64,000 bases of DNA from an uncultured Flavobacteriales bacterium. Its GTDB lineage: Bacteria; Bacteroidota; Bacteroidia; Flavobacteriales_D; Sanyastnellaceae. The stretch is from positions 2,694-66,693 of the forward strand of contig CAJQPF010000034.1 in assembly GCA_905480095.1 (NCBI GenBank), read 5' to 3'. This document shows positions 47,997 through 58,712 of the stretch, piece by piece (position 1 is the stretch's first letter; every line of letters starts with the position of its first letter). Below the pieces are notes generated by a model, which saw only the letters and a program-made list of their open reading frames with translations, was not told the DNA's origin and did no database searches. The translations under genes were made by a program, and so were the position numbers.

Positions 47997-48782
47997 ATGA
48001 ATCTATCTCTAGAAGGAAGACACGCTCTCGTTTGCGGAGCATCACAAGGAATTGGATTGGCAGCTGCAAGAGAACTTGCTGCGCTTGGCGCAAGAGTGAC
48101 GCTCATGTCACGCAATGCGGATAAATTGAAAATCGCTGTTTCGGATTTACCAAAAGTAAACAGTGGATCCCACGGTTTTGTGGTGGCCAATTTCAGCAAT
48201 CACAATGAAGTTAAGGAAGTCGCTTTACAACTCGCTGCATCGGAAAAAATAGACATTCTTGTTAACAATACGGGCGGGCCCAAAGGCGGCGCCATCGCTG
48301 AGGCTGACATTGAAGAGTTTACAAAGACCTTTGAACAGCATCTCTTATGCAATCATGTATTGACCCAAGCTGTCCTCCCAGGGATGAGAGAGAGAAGACA
48401 CGGTAGAATTGTGAATGTGATAAGTACTTCTGTCAAAGCACCACTCAATGGCCTGGGCGTTTCTAACACGATTAGAGGTGCTGTCGCGAATTGGTCCAAA
48501 ACACTCGCGAATGAAGAAGGCAAGTATGGGATCAGAGTAAACAATGTGCTGCCTGGCGCTACGAATACGGGAAGGTTACAAAACATTATTGAGGCCAAGG
48601 CACAAAAGGGAAACACAACGCAAGAAATCATCACAAAATCGATGCTCGGCGCAGTTCCAGCGGGAAGGTTTGGAGAGCCCGAAGAAATAGGCGGAGTAAT
48701 CGCGTTTTTATGCACACCAGCAGCGGACTATATCAGTGGAATCAACCTGCCAGTAGATGGAGGACGAACTGCATCACTTTAA
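47997..48782 (+). CDS. SDR-family oxidoreductase (FabG-like)
   Basis: Cofactor motif ALVCGASQGIGLA, NNTGG and SG..LPVDGG end. ATG at 47997 (MNLSLEGR) is preferred over the track GTG at 47949. Confidence 0.85.
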   Translation: MNLSLEGRHALVCGASQGIGLAAARELAALGARVTLMSRNADKLKIAVSDLPKVNSGSHGFVVANFSNHNEVKEVALQLAASEKIDILVNNTGGPKGGAIAEADIEEFTKTFEQHLLCNHVLTQAVLPGMRERRHGRIVNVISTSVKAPLNGLGVSNTIRGAVANWSKTLANEEGKYGIRVNNVLPGATNTGRLQNIIEAKAQKGNTTQEIITKSMLGAVPAGRFGEPEEIGGVIAFLCTPAADYISGINLPVDGGRTASL

Positions 48783-48794
48783 TATAACTTAGAT

Positions 48795-48802
48795 TATCTT
48801 TG
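48795..48802 (+). promoter_or_regulatory. Candidate Bacteroidota -7 promoter box (TATCTTTG) for gdhA
   Basis: Matches TAnnTTTG, 39 nt upstream of the gdhA ATG, in a 58-nt spacer. Confidence 0.35.
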
Positions 48803-48840
48803 GCAGGCAAAGCGTAAATATCCACGTTAAAATTTAGACC

Positions 48841-50184
48841 ATGCAGGAACGTATTGATGCATTTATGGCTCAAGTCGCCAAATCAAATGCAAACGAACCC
48901 GAGTTTCTTCAAGCTGTTCAGGAGGTAGCTGAAACTGTAATCCCATTTATCGCAAAAAACCCCAAGTATTCTCATGGGAAATTACTTGAACGAATGATCG
49001 AGCCCGAGCGTACGATCATGTTCCGAGTAGCTTGGACAGATGACAAAGGGGAAGTACATGTAAATCGGGGATACCGTGTCGAGTTTAACTCTGCGATAGG
49101 TCCATACAAGGGAGGGTTGAGATTTCACCCAAGTGTGAACCTGAGCATCCTTAAGTTCCTAGGGTTCGAGCAGGTTTTTAAGAATTCTTTAACCACACTT
49201 CCTTTAGGGGGTGGAAAGGGAGGGTCTGATTTCAATCCCAAGGGAAAGAGTGACCAAGAAGTCATGAGGTTTTGTCAAAGTTTCATGACGGAACTGTCAA
49301 GACATATTGGCGCGAATACAGATGTTCCCGCTGGTGATATTGGTGTGGGTGGACGTGAAATCGGCTTCCTATTCGGACAATACAAACGAATACGTAATGA
49401 ATTTGTAGGTGTACTTACTGGAAAAGGAATCAATTATGGGGGGTCTCTAATACGTCCAGAGGCGACAGGTTATGGTACAGTGTACTTCGCTCAAGAGATG
49501 TTAGCAACACAGAATGAGACATTTGAAGCAAAAACTGTCGTGATTTCTGGATCCGGAAACGTCGCTCAATATGCGGCTCAAAAATCAATCGAACTTGGGG
49601 CAAAGGTGGTGACACTATCTGACTCTAAGGGCTTTATACACGATCCTGACGGGATCTCACAAGAAAAGCTGGAGTGGGTGATGACACTGAAAAATGTGCG
49701 AAGAGGACGTATTTCTGAATACGAAGCCCAATACCCTGGAAGCAAATTCCACGCAGGTGCTCGTCCTTGGAGTATCGCATGCGATTTAGCGCTACCATGT
49801 GCCACTCAGAACGAAATTGAGGAAGACGATGCAAAAGCATTGGTCAACAACAACTGCATATGTGTTGCCGAAGGTGCCAACATGCCGTGTACACCTGATG
49901 CCGTGGAATTGCTCCAAGAAACTGGCGTGCTTTTCGCACCTGGAAAGGCTTCAAATGCTGGAGGAGTTGCCACTTCTGGATTAGAAATGTCCCAAAACAG
50001 TATGCGTCTGGCATGGAGCGCTGAAGAAGTCGACACACGACTCCACAAAATCATGAAAGACATCCACGCTCAATGTGTGGCGTACGGAAAGGATGAAAAT
50101 GGAAAAGTGGATTATGTGAGTGGCGCAAATATTGCTGGTTTTGTAAAAGTTGCAAATGCCATGTTAGATCAAGGAGTTGTATAA
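48841..50184 (+). CDS. gdhA: NADP-specific glutamate dehydrogenase
   Basis: Catalytic-Lys motif LPLGGGKGGSDFNPKG and dinucleotide fold SGSGNVAQYA. Confidence 0.95.
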   Translation: MQERIDAFMAQVAKSNANEPEFLQAVQEVAETVIPFIAKNPKYSHGKLLERMIEPERTIMFRVAWTDDKGEVHVNRGYRVEFNSAIGPYKGGLRFHPSVNLSILKFLGFEQVFKNSLTTLPLGGGKGGSDFNPKGKSDQEVMRFCQSFMTELSRHIGANTDVPAGDIGVGGREIGFLFGQYKRIRNEFVGVLTGKGINYGGSLIRPEATGYGTVYFAQEMLATQNETFEAKTVVISGSGNVAQYAAQKSIELGAKVVTLSDSKGFIHDPDGISQEKLEWVMTLKNVRRGRISEYEAQYPGSKFHAGARPWSIACDLALPCATQNEIEEDDAKALVNNNCICVAEGANMPCTPDAVELLQETGVLFAPGKASNAGGVATSGLEMSQNSMRLAWSAEEVDTRLHKIMKDIHAQCVAYGKDENGKVDYVSGANIAGFVKVANAMLDQGVV

Positions 50185-50195
50185 AATAAAACATT

Positions 50196-50531
50196 ATGAA
50201 AATAGCTTTTTATAACACATTAAATTCAATTGTTCTCATAGCTCTCGGTTTATGGGGTTACATCGATGTTCAGTCACCAACAGCATTAATTCCTGTTGGA
50301 TTTGGTGTCATTCTATTGTTGTGTACCAATGGTTTAAAGAAGGAAAATAAAATCATCTCGCATGTTGCCGTTCTTTTAACACTGGTCATCCTTGTGGCAT
50401 TGGTTGGCATGAGATTACCGAAAAGCCTCGTATCTGGAGGATTGGGATTGGTGCGTGTGAGCGCAATGATTTTAACGTCAATTTTATCGATGGTTGCATT
50501 TGTTCTCAGCTTTATTAAAGCGCGTAGATAG
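50196..50531 (+). CDS. Small 4-TM membrane protein, unknown function
   Basis: 111 aa, almost entirely four hydrophobic helices. ATG start 11 nt after the gdhA stop. Confidence 0.55.
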   Translation: MKIAFYNTLNSIVLIALGLWGYIDVQSPTALIPVGFGVILLLCTNGLKKENKIISHVAVLLTLVILVALVGMRLPKSLVSGGLGLVRVSAMILTSILSMVAFVLSFIKARR

Positions 50532-50534
50532 CCT

Positions 50535-50900
50535 ATGAATATGGCAAGCCGCTTCCGCGTGTTTTTTACGTCATGCCTCGCTGCCTTCATGGTTTTATCT
50601 TGTGAAAATCCGACCAAAAAAACTAAAATTGGGCGCGATACCCCCCCTGGGACTGAACAGAGTGCGGAAGTCAATCTCGAAGGTATTGCGCTCATGTATA
50701 AATATAAATGCGCGATCTGCCATGGTGAAAACGGCGTCTCTGTGATGAAGGATGCACCGAATTTGGTCACCACAGAATATAACATGGAAGAAAGAGTTGC
50801 CATTATCATGAATGGAAAAGGCACAATGCCCCCACAAAAAGATGTGCTTGATATGCCTACGATTAGAGGACTTGCGGTGTACATTGACAGTCTTAAGTAA
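50535..50900 (+). CDS. Monoheme c-type cytochrome, lipoprotein
   Basis: Lipobox-like VLSC, heme-binding CAICH, and a downstream Met (GKGTMPPQ) as the likely sixth ligand. Confidence 0.75.
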   Translation: MNMASRFRVFFTSCLAAFMVLSCENPTKKTKIGRDTPPGTEQSAEVNLEGIALMYKYKCAICHGENGVSVMKDAPNLVTTEYNMEERVAIIMNGKGTMPPQKDVLDMPTIRGLAVYIDSLK

Positions 50901-50908
50901 CAGATATT

Positions 50909-52096
50909 ATGGCAAAAAGACAACCTGTTTCGACTTCTGAAGACAAGGAAACATGTGTCCTGATAGGCCTTGCAACCCAAAACCAAAAACGGGAACAGCT
51001 TGAAGAGTATCTTGAAGAGCTCGCGTTCCTAGTGACTACGGCAAATGCAGTTTCTAAAAAGACCTTTATTCAATCTCTCACGAAGCCTGATTCAAAAACG
51101 TTTATAGGGTCGGGCAAGCTTCTAGAAATTAGAGATTACGTCAAAGCCGAAGGGATCGATATGATCGTGTTCGATGATGAACTCAGTGGATCTCAAATCA
51201 GAAATATCGAAAAAGAAATCGAGGGAGTCAAGATTATAGATCGACCCAACCTCATCCTCGATATTTTTGCCCAAAGAGCAAGAACATCTCACGCGAGAAC
51301 TCAAGTAGAACTTGCACAATATCAATACTTGTTGCCGCGTCTCACAAATATGTGGACTCACCTTCAAAAACAAAAAGGGGGCATCGGCATGAAAGGCCCT
51401 GGAGAGAAAGAAATCGAAACAGATCGAAGAATTATCAGGGACAGGATTGCACTGTTGAAAAAGGAATTGATTGCCATAGATAAGCAAATGGCGACACAGC
51501 GTAGCAACAGAGGGTCTATGATTCGAGTTGCTCTTGTAGGCTATACAAATGCTGGGAAAAGTACGCTTATGACTGCGCTCTCCAAGAGTGATGTGTTTGC
51601 TGAAAACAAGCTTTTTGCCACACTCGACACGACTGTTAGAAAAGTCGTTGTCGCGAATCTTCCGTTTCTACTAAGCGACACTGTCGGTTTCATCAGAAAG
51701 CTGCCAACCCAGCTTATTGAGAGTTTCAAATCCACACTCGATGAAACCCGTGAAAGTGATTTGCTGATCCATGTTATCGATGTAAGTCATCCTCAATTTG
51801 AGGATCAAGTCGAGGTCGTCGAGCGTACTTTAGAAGAAATCGGCAGTGATGACAAACCCACTTTACTTCTTTTTAATAAAACTGATCTTTTAGAAGACAA
51901 GGATGCAGAGGATACTGAGGTTTCTGGTGTTGAGATCATTCAGGGACTGAAAGAACGGTTTGAGAAGGATGGGCTTGATGTTGTTTTTATGAGTGCAAGA
52001 AATAAAGAGGATATTACCAACTTAAGAGACATGCTCTATAGCAGAGTGAAGGAACTCCATGTCAAGCGGTATCCGTATCATCAATTTCTATATTAA
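50909..52096 (+). CDS. hflX: GTPase HflX
   Basis: HflX N-domain (ILDIFAQRA, L.QYQYLLPRL), G1 GYTNAGKSTL, DTVGFI and NKTD. Confidence 0.9.
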   Translation: MAKRQPVSTSEDKETCVLIGLATQNQKREQLEEYLEELAFLVTTANAVSKKTFIQSLTKPDSKTFIGSGKLLEIRDYVKAEGIDMIVFDDELSGSQIRNIEKEIEGVKIIDRPNLILDIFAQRARTSHARTQVELAQYQYLLPRLTNMWTHLQKQKGGIGMKGPGEKEIETDRRIIRDRIALLKKELIAIDKQMATQRSNRGSMIRVALVGYTNAGKSTLMTALSKSDVFAENKLFATLDTTVRKVVVANLPFLLSDTVGFIRKLPTQLIESFKSTLDETRESDLLIHVIDVSHPQFEDQVEVVERTLEEIGSDDKPTLLLFNKTDLLEDKDAEDTEVSGVEIIQGLKERFEKDGLDVVFMSARNKEDITNLRDMLYSRVKELHVKRYPYHQFLY

Positions 52097-52125
52097 AATT
52101 ATATTATCTAAGCTAACTTCGTCAC

Positions 52126-52464
52126 ATGTCAAGTATTCGTCAAGAAAAAGTCGCGACCCTTATAAAACAAGAGTTAAGTATCATCTTCCAAAGAGAAGCA
52201 TCGATGCACTTCGAGGGACTTTTTATCACGGTGACGCTGGTACGCATGTCTCCTGATCTGGGCGTCGCAAAAGTATACCTTAGCTTTATGGCTGTGAAGG
52301 ACACCGAGGCCGCTTTAAAAGTGGTAAAAAAAGAAAGGAATTGGACGCGACATCATTTGGCAAGCGTGATCGGAAAGCAGGTACGCCGAATTCCCGAATT
52401 ACAATTTCACATTGATGACAGCTTAGATTACTATGATGCAGTAGAGAAAGCCTTAAAAGAGTAA
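52126..52464 (+). CDS. rbfA: Ribosome-binding factor A
   Basis: 112 aa. R.EKVA.LIK.ELS.I N-terminal pattern and P.L.F..D near the C-terminus. Confidence 0.85.
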   Translation: MSSIRQEKVATLIKQELSIIFQREASMHFEGLFITVTLVRMSPDLGVAKVYLSFMAVKDTEAALKVVKKERNWTRHHLASVIGKQVRRIPELQFHIDDSLDYYDAVEKALKE

Positions 52465-52469
52465 GTAAA

Positions 52470-53678
52470 GTGCGACTTCCATTTAGACTTGCTCGGAGAT
52501 ATCTATTCCAACCTCAATCGCGGAAACTCGTTCACGTTATTTCAGGAATTTCTATGTTCGTGATTGCAGCGGTCACGATGTCTATGATCGCTATTCTATC
52601 GGCTTTTAATGGAATAGAGGACCTTGTACAGGACTTATTTGGCACATTAGATGCTGACCTTGCTGCTGTGCCCATTTCAGGAGAAGTGCTCCCAAATGAG
52701 CTTGGAGAGATCATAGGCGAATATCCAGGGGTTGCTGTTTACGCGGCAGTGATTGAGAGTGAAGCAATCATTCGTGGCAATGGCGTGACACAAATATGTT
52801 CTGTATTAGGTGTTGACGCACAATATGAAGACGTCTCACGAATAGATAGTGCAATTGTTGAAGGCACATGGGGAAGATCCTTTGAGAATTCGCAATGTGT
52901 TTGCCTCGGATACGGAATCCGTTCAGAGATGGGGATTCGGTCTGACTCTACATATCCACCACTCATGTCTCTTGGCGCCCCTGTCCGAGGTAAAAAACTA
53001 AGTAGACATAGAGAGAGAGCTTTTAGAACCTTGCCTGCTTTGGCGTGTGGCACATTCTCTATTAACGCAGATATCGACACAAGATATGTTCTTGCCCCTT
53101 TGGAATTTGCCCGTGAACTTTTCGACAGACCAAACGAAGTGTCCAGGTTTGAAATTCAAGTAGATGAAAGTGTTTCCGCGGCGCGTTTGGCAAATGACGA
53201 AAACTTCATTGCGGCCTTAGGTGACAACGTTCATTTACGCACACGAGAGGAGAAACATACGTTTATTACACAAACAAATCGGGCGGAGAAGCTCGCCACA
53301 TTTGTCATTCTTAGCTTTATCCTCGTGGTTGCCGCATTTAACATTTTGGCCTCCCTGACGATGTTACTGATCGATAAAAGACTTGATCTGGAGGTTTTTA
53401 AGGCGATGGGGATGAACGATCTTGCTTTGGAGCGTACGTTTTCTATACAGGGGCTCGCCATTAATGTGTTGGGAGGCCTCATCGGTACAGTTTTAGGAAT
53501 TGCACTTGTGATCGGCCAAGATGCGTTCGGGTGGCTTACACTTGAAGGGTCGGTGGTCCCTTCCTATCCAGTTCGATTAGCCGCAACAGACATTTTCGGC
53601 ACACTCGCTGTAGTGATCGGAATCGGCGGCCTGGGATCTGCAGCGATGGTAAAATTTCTGATTCGAAGACTTTCTTAG
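52470..53678 (+). CDS. FtsX-like ABC transporter permease (LolC/E-like)
   Basis: GTG start with an RLARRYLF N-terminus. One TM helix, a large periplasmic loop, then three C-terminal TM helices of the FtsX fold. Confidence 0.8.
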   Translation: MRLPFRLARRYLFQPQSRKLVHVISGISMFVIAAVTMSMIAILSAFNGIEDLVQDLFGTLDADLAAVPISGEVLPNELGEIIGEYPGVAVYAAVIESEAIIRGNGVTQICSVLGVDAQYEDVSRIDSAIVEGTWGRSFENSQCVCLGYGIRSEMGIRSDSTYPPLMSLGAPVRGKKLSRHRERAFRTLPALACGTFSINADIDTRYVLAPLEFARELFDRPNEVSRFEIQVDESVSAARLANDENFIAALGDNVHLRTREEKHTFITQTNRAEKLATFVILSFILVVAAFNILASLTMLLIDKRLDLEVFKAMGMNDLALERTFSIQGLAINVLGGLIGTVLGIALVIGQDAFGWLTLEGSVVPSYPVRLAATDIFGTLAVVIGIGGLGSAAMVKFLIRRLS

Positions 53679-53688
53679 GATAGAAATC

Positions 53689-54684
53689 TCATCTCGAAAA
53701 GTCGTGATCTTTAAAAAGATCCGCGATTAAAAGGAGTTTGGCACGAATGTCCTCAACATTGTCAAAGGTCACAAGATCTAATCTGTGTTTTTTAAAGTCC
53801 GGAATTCCTTTGAAGTAATTTGCATAGTGGCGCCTCATTTCAACAATTCCCAATCGATCTCCCTTCCATTTGAGTGACCCTTCGAAATGCATCGACGCAG
53901 CAGCAATGCGTTCCTTCATATCGGGTGGTGCAAGGTGCTCGCCCGTAGCTATAAAGTGCTTTATTTCATTGAAAATCCATGGAGACCCAATGCTCGCTCT
54001 CCCAATCATAATCCCATCCACACCGAAGCGATCGCGATACTCCACTGTTTTTTCTGGCGTATCAATGTCTCCATTTCCGAAAACTGGAATATTCATTCTG
54101 GGATTATTCTTCACAGCTGCAATCAAAGACCAGTCTGCATCTCCCTTATACATTTGAGCTCTTGTACGCCCATGTATACTTATCGCAGCAATCCCTACGT
54201 CTTGCAGTCTCTCGGCAACCTCAACGATATGTCTTGAACCATCATCCCAGCCCAAACGTGTTTTCACGGTGACGGGAAGGCTACAAGTATTCACAATCTC
54301 CTTGGTCATCTCCACCATCTTAGGAATATTCCGAAGAATCCCCGCTCCAGCACCCTTTAAGGCCACTTGCTTTACAGGACATCCGTAGTTGATGTCAATA
54401 ATATCGGGACCTGCTTGCTCTGCGATAGCCGCCGCTTCTCGCATAGGCCCTATATCAGCTCCAAAAATCTGAATCCCTACGGGGCGCTCATACTCGAAGA
54501 TATCTAGCTTCATGGTACTCTTTGCGGCATCACGGATAAGTCCTTCCGAGCTTATGAACTCAGTGTACATAAGGTCTGCCCCATACTTTTTACAAACGGC
54601 GCGAAAAGGAGGGTCGCTTACATCCTCCATAGGCGCAAGCAAGAGAGGAAACGCTCCCAATTCTATATCTGCTATTTTAACCAA
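53689..54684 (-). CDS. dusB: tRNA-dihydrouridine synthase
   Basis: LAPMEDVSDPPFR, INYGCP and catalytic region HGRTR. Confidence 0.9.
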   Translation of the reverse strand: MVKIADIELGAFPLLLAPMEDVSDPPFRAVCKKYGADLMYTEFISSEGLIRDAAKSTMKLDIFEYERPVGIQIFGADIGPMREAAAIAEQAGPDIIDINYGCPVKQVALKGAGAGILRNIPKMVEMTKEIVNTCSLPVTVKTRLGWDDGSRHIVEVAERLQDVGIAAISIHGRTRAQMYKGDADWSLIAAVKNNPRMNIPVFGNGDIDTPEKTVEYRDRFGVDGIMIGRASIGSPWIFNEIKHFIATGEHLAPPDMKERIAAASMHFEGSLKWKGDRLGIVEMRRHYANYFKGIPDFKKHRLDLVTFDNVEDIRAKLLLIADLFKDHDFSR

Positions 54685-54731
54685 ACTTATACTTGAGTTT
54701 TACGAACTTGCCGCAAAATTAAGCCCTTCAC

Positions 54732-55679
54732 ATGACGTTCATACAAAACGCCTTCCATAATCTTCATCCGCTCCTTCAATTCATATTCATTATCTGTGTT
54801 TCAGTGACAGGAATGGGACTTTCTGTTTTCTTCGGGACATACATATCTGCATGGTGTTGCGGGACGGGAGACACCCTCCCGGAGTTAATGTCATCACTCA
54901 TGAATCTTGAGTCAAAATCTGGGATTTGTGCAACACTTATTCTTAATTCATTAAACCAAATCCTGGCGTTTGCCGGTGCCGGATTTGCATATGCCATGCT
55001 ACATGGACCTGGCAGAGGTGTGGGATTCAGTCAAAATGGCAAAAATGAGCATCTGTTGATGTTTCTCATTGGCGCCGTGATTATCACACTCGGCTTTTCT
55101 CCATTTTTAGACCTCACTTATCGGTTAAATGAATGGCTTCTTGTAGATGGTTCTACCCTACATACGATGGCAGCAGCACTTGAAGATGAAGCCGCCAGGA
55201 TAACGCAAGCCATGCTCCAAATGGAAACCTTGAACCAATTTCTAGCGACGCTCGTTGCCGTTGCATTTCTTCCTGCGATATGTGAGGAGTGGTTATTTCG
55301 AGGTGCTTTACAACCCCTCATATCCAAATGGAGTGGCAACATTCACATAGGGGTATGGGTGAGTGCAATATTGTTTAGTGCCATACACTTTCAATTCTTT
55401 GGCTTTATTCCACGCATGTTACTCGGCGCAGGCTTTGGATACATGGTTGTAGCGAGTGGGAGTTTGTGGCCAGCTGTCCTGGGGCACTTTGTAAATAATG
55501 GGGTCGCTGTATGTGCAGCGTGGTGGTTAGGCCCTGAGTGGATTGAAGAAGGAATGAATCCCGCAGAAACAGTGTGGGGAACAACTGAAACCGTAAGTGC
55601 GATAATCGGACTCACAGCGATCCTCGCAAGTGTATGGTGGTTAAAGCCCAAAGTGAACTTTCAGGAACGTCAACCTTAG
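54732..55679 (+). CDS. CPBP-family (CAAX-type) intramembrane metalloprotease
   Basis: EEWLFRG motif, FSAIHF and HFVNN motifs in TM helices. Confidence 0.8.
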   Translation: MTFIQNAFHNLHPLLQFIFIICVSVTGMGLSVFFGTYISAWCCGTGDTLPELMSSLMNLESKSGICATLILNSLNQILAFAGAGFAYAMLHGPGRGVGFSQNGKNEHLLMFLIGAVIITLGFSPFLDLTYRLNEWLLVDGSTLHTMAAALEDEAARITQAMLQMETLNQFLATLVAVAFLPAICEEWLFRGALQPLISKWSGNIHIGVWVSAILFSAIHFQFFGFIPRMLLGAGFGYMVVASGSLWPAVLGHFVNNGVAVCAAWWLGPEWIEEGMNPAETVWGTTETVSAIIGLTAILASVWWLKPKVNFQERQP

Positions 55680-56344
55680 GCCAATGCTTTGGCAATAAGG
55701 AGATCTTCAGGGGTCGTGACCTTCAAATTGATAGGGTCGCCTGCGCAAATTTTGATTTTGTGACCCGCTGCCTCAAAAACAGATGCATCATCCGTAAAGG
55801 TGGGGGAATAGGAAACGGCAAATGATGGTTTTAACAACGCCAAATCAAAGCATTGAGGGGTTTGGACAGAAATGAAATCTGATCGATTAAGTGCAACAGA
55901 TTCATTTGTATTGACATCCGAAATTTTACGGATACTGTCCTTAAGCGGCACGGTCGGAATCGCTGAACCATGAATTGCCGCCATATCAAACGTATCGCGA
56001 ATAAGCTTCACCGATGGAAAAGGACGTACAGCATCATGAATGGCAACCAGACCAACATCCGGCAGAGTGACAAGTCCGTTTAATACTGAATGAAATCGTT
56101 CAACACCTCCTTTTATGAGATGGGTTACACCTGATGGGCCATACTCTATCTCTAAACTGCGAAATTCGTCGAACAGAGATTCGTGTAAGACCAAAGAAAT
56201 TGGGGCGTCAGGAACAGCTTCATAAAAACGACGAAGGGTCCACCACATAAGCGGCAGACCCTTAATTATTAGAAATTGTTTTGCGGTTTTTGTACGCATT
56301 CGAGTACCAGTACCACCTGCAACGATAACAATGTGACGACTCAC
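55676..56344 (-). CDS. ispD: 2-C-methyl-D-erythritol 4-phosphate cytidylyltransferase
   Basis: VAGGTGTRM P-loop-like motif, HDAVRP and TDDAS blocks. Confidence 0.9.
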   Translation of the reverse strand: MSRHIVIVAGGTGTRMRTKTAKQFLIIKGLPLMWWTLRRFYEAVPDAPISLVLHESLFDEFRSLEIEYGPSGVTHLIKGGVERFHSVLNGLVTLPDVGLVAIHDAVRPFPSVKLIRDTFDMAAIHGSAIPTVPLKDSIRKISDVNTNESVALNRSDFISVQTPQCFDLALLKPSFAVSYSPTFTDDASVFEAAGHKIKICAGDPINLKVTTPEDLLIAKALA

Positions 56345-56352
56345 AGTGAGAA

Positions 56353-56961
56353 TTACTTTGACGCTGAAGCGTAACGCTCAGCGATTGCATTCCAATCTGC
56401 GACATTAAAAAATGCAGAGATGTAGTCTGGTCGACGGTTTTGATAATTGAGGTAATACGCATGCTCCCAAACGTCGAGGCCCATGATAGGCGTACAACCA
56501 CAACCTACACCAGGCATAAGTGGATTGTCTTGGTTTGCAGAAGAACACACACTTAATTTGCCTTCGTCACAGACACACAGCCAAGCCCAGCCAGAGCCAA
56601 AACGCGTTGCAGCAGCTTTTGAAAACTGATCGACAAACTCGTTAAATGAACCGAAGTCTCTGTCTATGGCAGACGCCAAATCTCCTGAAGGTGTTCCACC
56701 TCCATTTGGGGACATCGAATTCCAAAATAATGTGTGGTTATAAAAACCTCCACCATTGTTTCGGACTGCTGTATTATCAGTATGACTTGCAAGGAGGTCC
56801 TCGATACAAGACCCTTCAAGGTCAGATCCAGATACAGCTGCGTTCAATTTCGCTGTGTAACCAGCGTGATGCTTTCCGTGATGGATTTCCATCGTACGCG
56901 CGTCGATATGTGGCTCGAGGGCGTCGTAAGCATAGGGTAGATTAGGTAATTCGAATGCCAT
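56353..56961 (-). CDS. sodA: Fe/Mn-family superoxide dismutase (Mn-type features)
   Basis: [27 protein letters not shown]. The GGGFYNH and NQDNPL contexts resemble the Mn type. Confidence 0.9.
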   Translation of the reverse strand: MAFELPNLPYAYDALEPHIDARTMEIHHGKHHAGYTAKLNAAVSGSDLEGSCIEDLLASHTDNTAVRNNGGGFYNHTLFWNSMSPNGGGTPSGDLASAIDRDFGSFNEFVDQFSKAAATRFGSGWAWLCVCDEGKLSVCSSANQDNPLMPGVGCGCTPIMGLDVWEHAYYLNYQNRRPDYISAFFNVADWNAIAERYASASK

Positions 56962-56972
56962 TGTGTTGTTGT

Positions 56973-58700
56973 TTAATACATATTTAAAGTTTGATCCGTG
57001 ATCATTGAATCATTTAGTAGCAAATATACTCTTCCTTCTCGCGTACCGAACCTATCATCTTCTAACAATTCATAAAGTGCCCTTTCAACGAATTCATCGC
57101 CGGAGGTTCTCACTTTATGGTAGGCGTTCTCTCCTTTCACATTTCTCACAACTTGGGCAAAGAATCTGATCATAATGCGTTCTATTTCTTCCCTTCCTTC
57201 ATCGGTCGACTTGTCAGGCCAAACCGTACCTTGTCTTTCGGCCACTTTCTTTATTGTAGACAGACCACCTGTAGCAGAATTTGTCCAAATAGCACTCGTT
57301 TCAGAAAGGTTGTTTTTTAAATTCTCACTGCGATGAAGATCCACCCAAGTAAATGACGCATCACGTAACGCACCTGTCCAAACCAGCTCTGCCAATGCCC
57401 TGTTTGACTGTGTACTGTCTAATGGGATAAAGACATCTGGGGTAATACCACCACCACCATATACCTTACGGCCGAGCAAAGTCCTGTAGGCTATGGTATC
57501 TGTGTGCTGTATGCTGTCCGCTAGAAAAAGTTCACCAGACGCAATCCGATCTTGGTAATCATTCGCATAATTCACACCTTCACCGTACGGCTTTTGGATT
57601 GCTCTCCCGCTCGGAGTGTAAAACCTAGCGACTGTAAGACGAAGGGCACCAGCTCCTGACAGCGCATTGGGAACAGAGAACTCCTCCTGGACCAGTCCTT
57701 TTCCGAAAGATCGTCTGCCCACAATAAGACCTCTGTCATTATCCTGTAATGCGCCGGCAAATATCTCACTGGCCGAAGCCGAGTTTTCATCTATAAGAAC
57801 CGCAATAGGCCAGTGACTGTATTCTCCACGATATGTAGAATTGTAATCTATTCTCGGAGAGGCCTTGCCCTCGGTGTAAACAATTCCGAGTCCTTTATCT
57901 AAAAATCGATCAATCATGTCTGTTGCGGAATGTAGATATCCGCCCCCGTTTCCCCTTAAATCTACAATCACTGAAGTAGCACCTTGATTCGCCAGATCTA
58001 TCATTGACTGCTCAAACTCAAGGGCCGTCGTCGCAGAAAAACGAATGACTTTGATATAGCCCACGCTGTTTTCAAGGACAAAGGATGCCACCACACTATG
58101 TATAGGAATCCTTGCACGCTTAATCGTCACTTTGAGTATCTCTTCTAAAGGGATTTTATTGTCGGAAACTACAGTGCTGTTACGGGCAATCCCCAAATCG
58201 ACCTGAGTCCCTCTTGGGCCCTTGAGCAGCTTCATCACCCGGTCGTTTGTGAGATCGGGACCAGAAATAGATTCGCCTTCAACTTCTACAATTCGATCTC
58301 CCGCTTTAATCCCCGCACTTTCTGATGGCCCACCTGGGATGGCGTTAACAACCATTAATGTGTCGTCCCGAATGATAAACTCGACGCCAATGCCTTCAAA
58401 ATTCCCCTCCATAAGAACAGCGTTCGCTAAGAGATCTTCCCTAGAGAAGTAATTTGTATGGGGGTCGAGTTCTTGGACAATCGATTGAACAGCAACATCA
58501 ATCAGTGACTCACGATCTATAGAGTCCACATAGAGCACTTCAATTTGGTTCAAAATGTGTGAAATTCGGTTGTCCGTGTGAGGACTATGTTGTGAACCGT
58601 CATGACATCCGCGACCCAGCATAAGTCCCAAGGCAAGCGTAAGTGCGATGATCAGGGGTTGAGCGGGTCCGTTGAGCAGGCCATTTTGATTAGTCGACAT
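56973..58700 (-). CDS. S41-family C-terminal processing peptidase
   Basis: PDZ segment ([13 protein letters not shown]), catalytic-Ser block [17 protein letters not shown] and a downstream Lys region. Confidence 0.9.
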   Translation of the reverse strand: MSTNQNGLLNGPAQPLIIALTLALGLMLGRGCHDGSQHSPHTDNRISHILNQIEVLYVDSIDRESLIDVAVQSIVQELDPHTNYFSREDLLANAVLMEGNFEGIGVEFIIRDDTLMVVNAIPGGPSESAGIKAGDRIVEVEGESISGPDLTNDRVMKLLKGPRGTQVDLGIARNSTVVSDNKIPLEEILKVTIKRARIPIHSVVASFVLENSVGYIKVIRFSATTALEFEQSMIDLANQGATSVIVDLRGNGGGYLHSATDMIDRFLDKGLGIVYTEGKASPRIDYNSTYRGEYSHWPIAVLIDENSASASEIFAGALQDNDRGLIVGRRSFGKGLVQEEFSVPNALSGAGALRLTVARFYTPSGRAIQKPYGEGVNYANDYQDRIASGELFLADSIQHTDTIAYRTLLGRKVYGGGGITPDVFIPLDSTQSNRALAELVWTGALRDASFTWVDLHRSENLKNNLSETSAIWTNSATGGLSTIKKVAERQGTVWPDKSTDEGREEIERIMIRFFAQVVRNVKGENAYHKVRTSGDEFVERALYELLEDDRFGTREGRVYLLLNDSMITDQTLNMY

Positions 58701-58712
58701 TAGCTGCTTGCA

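Noticed and set aside
50270-50986. 238-aa minus-strand ORF spanning three plus-strand genes.
   Set aside because: The plus-strand ORFs have real features: four clean TM helices, a CAICH heme site with a lipobox, and the hflX start. The minus-strand translation has no recognisable fold or motif.
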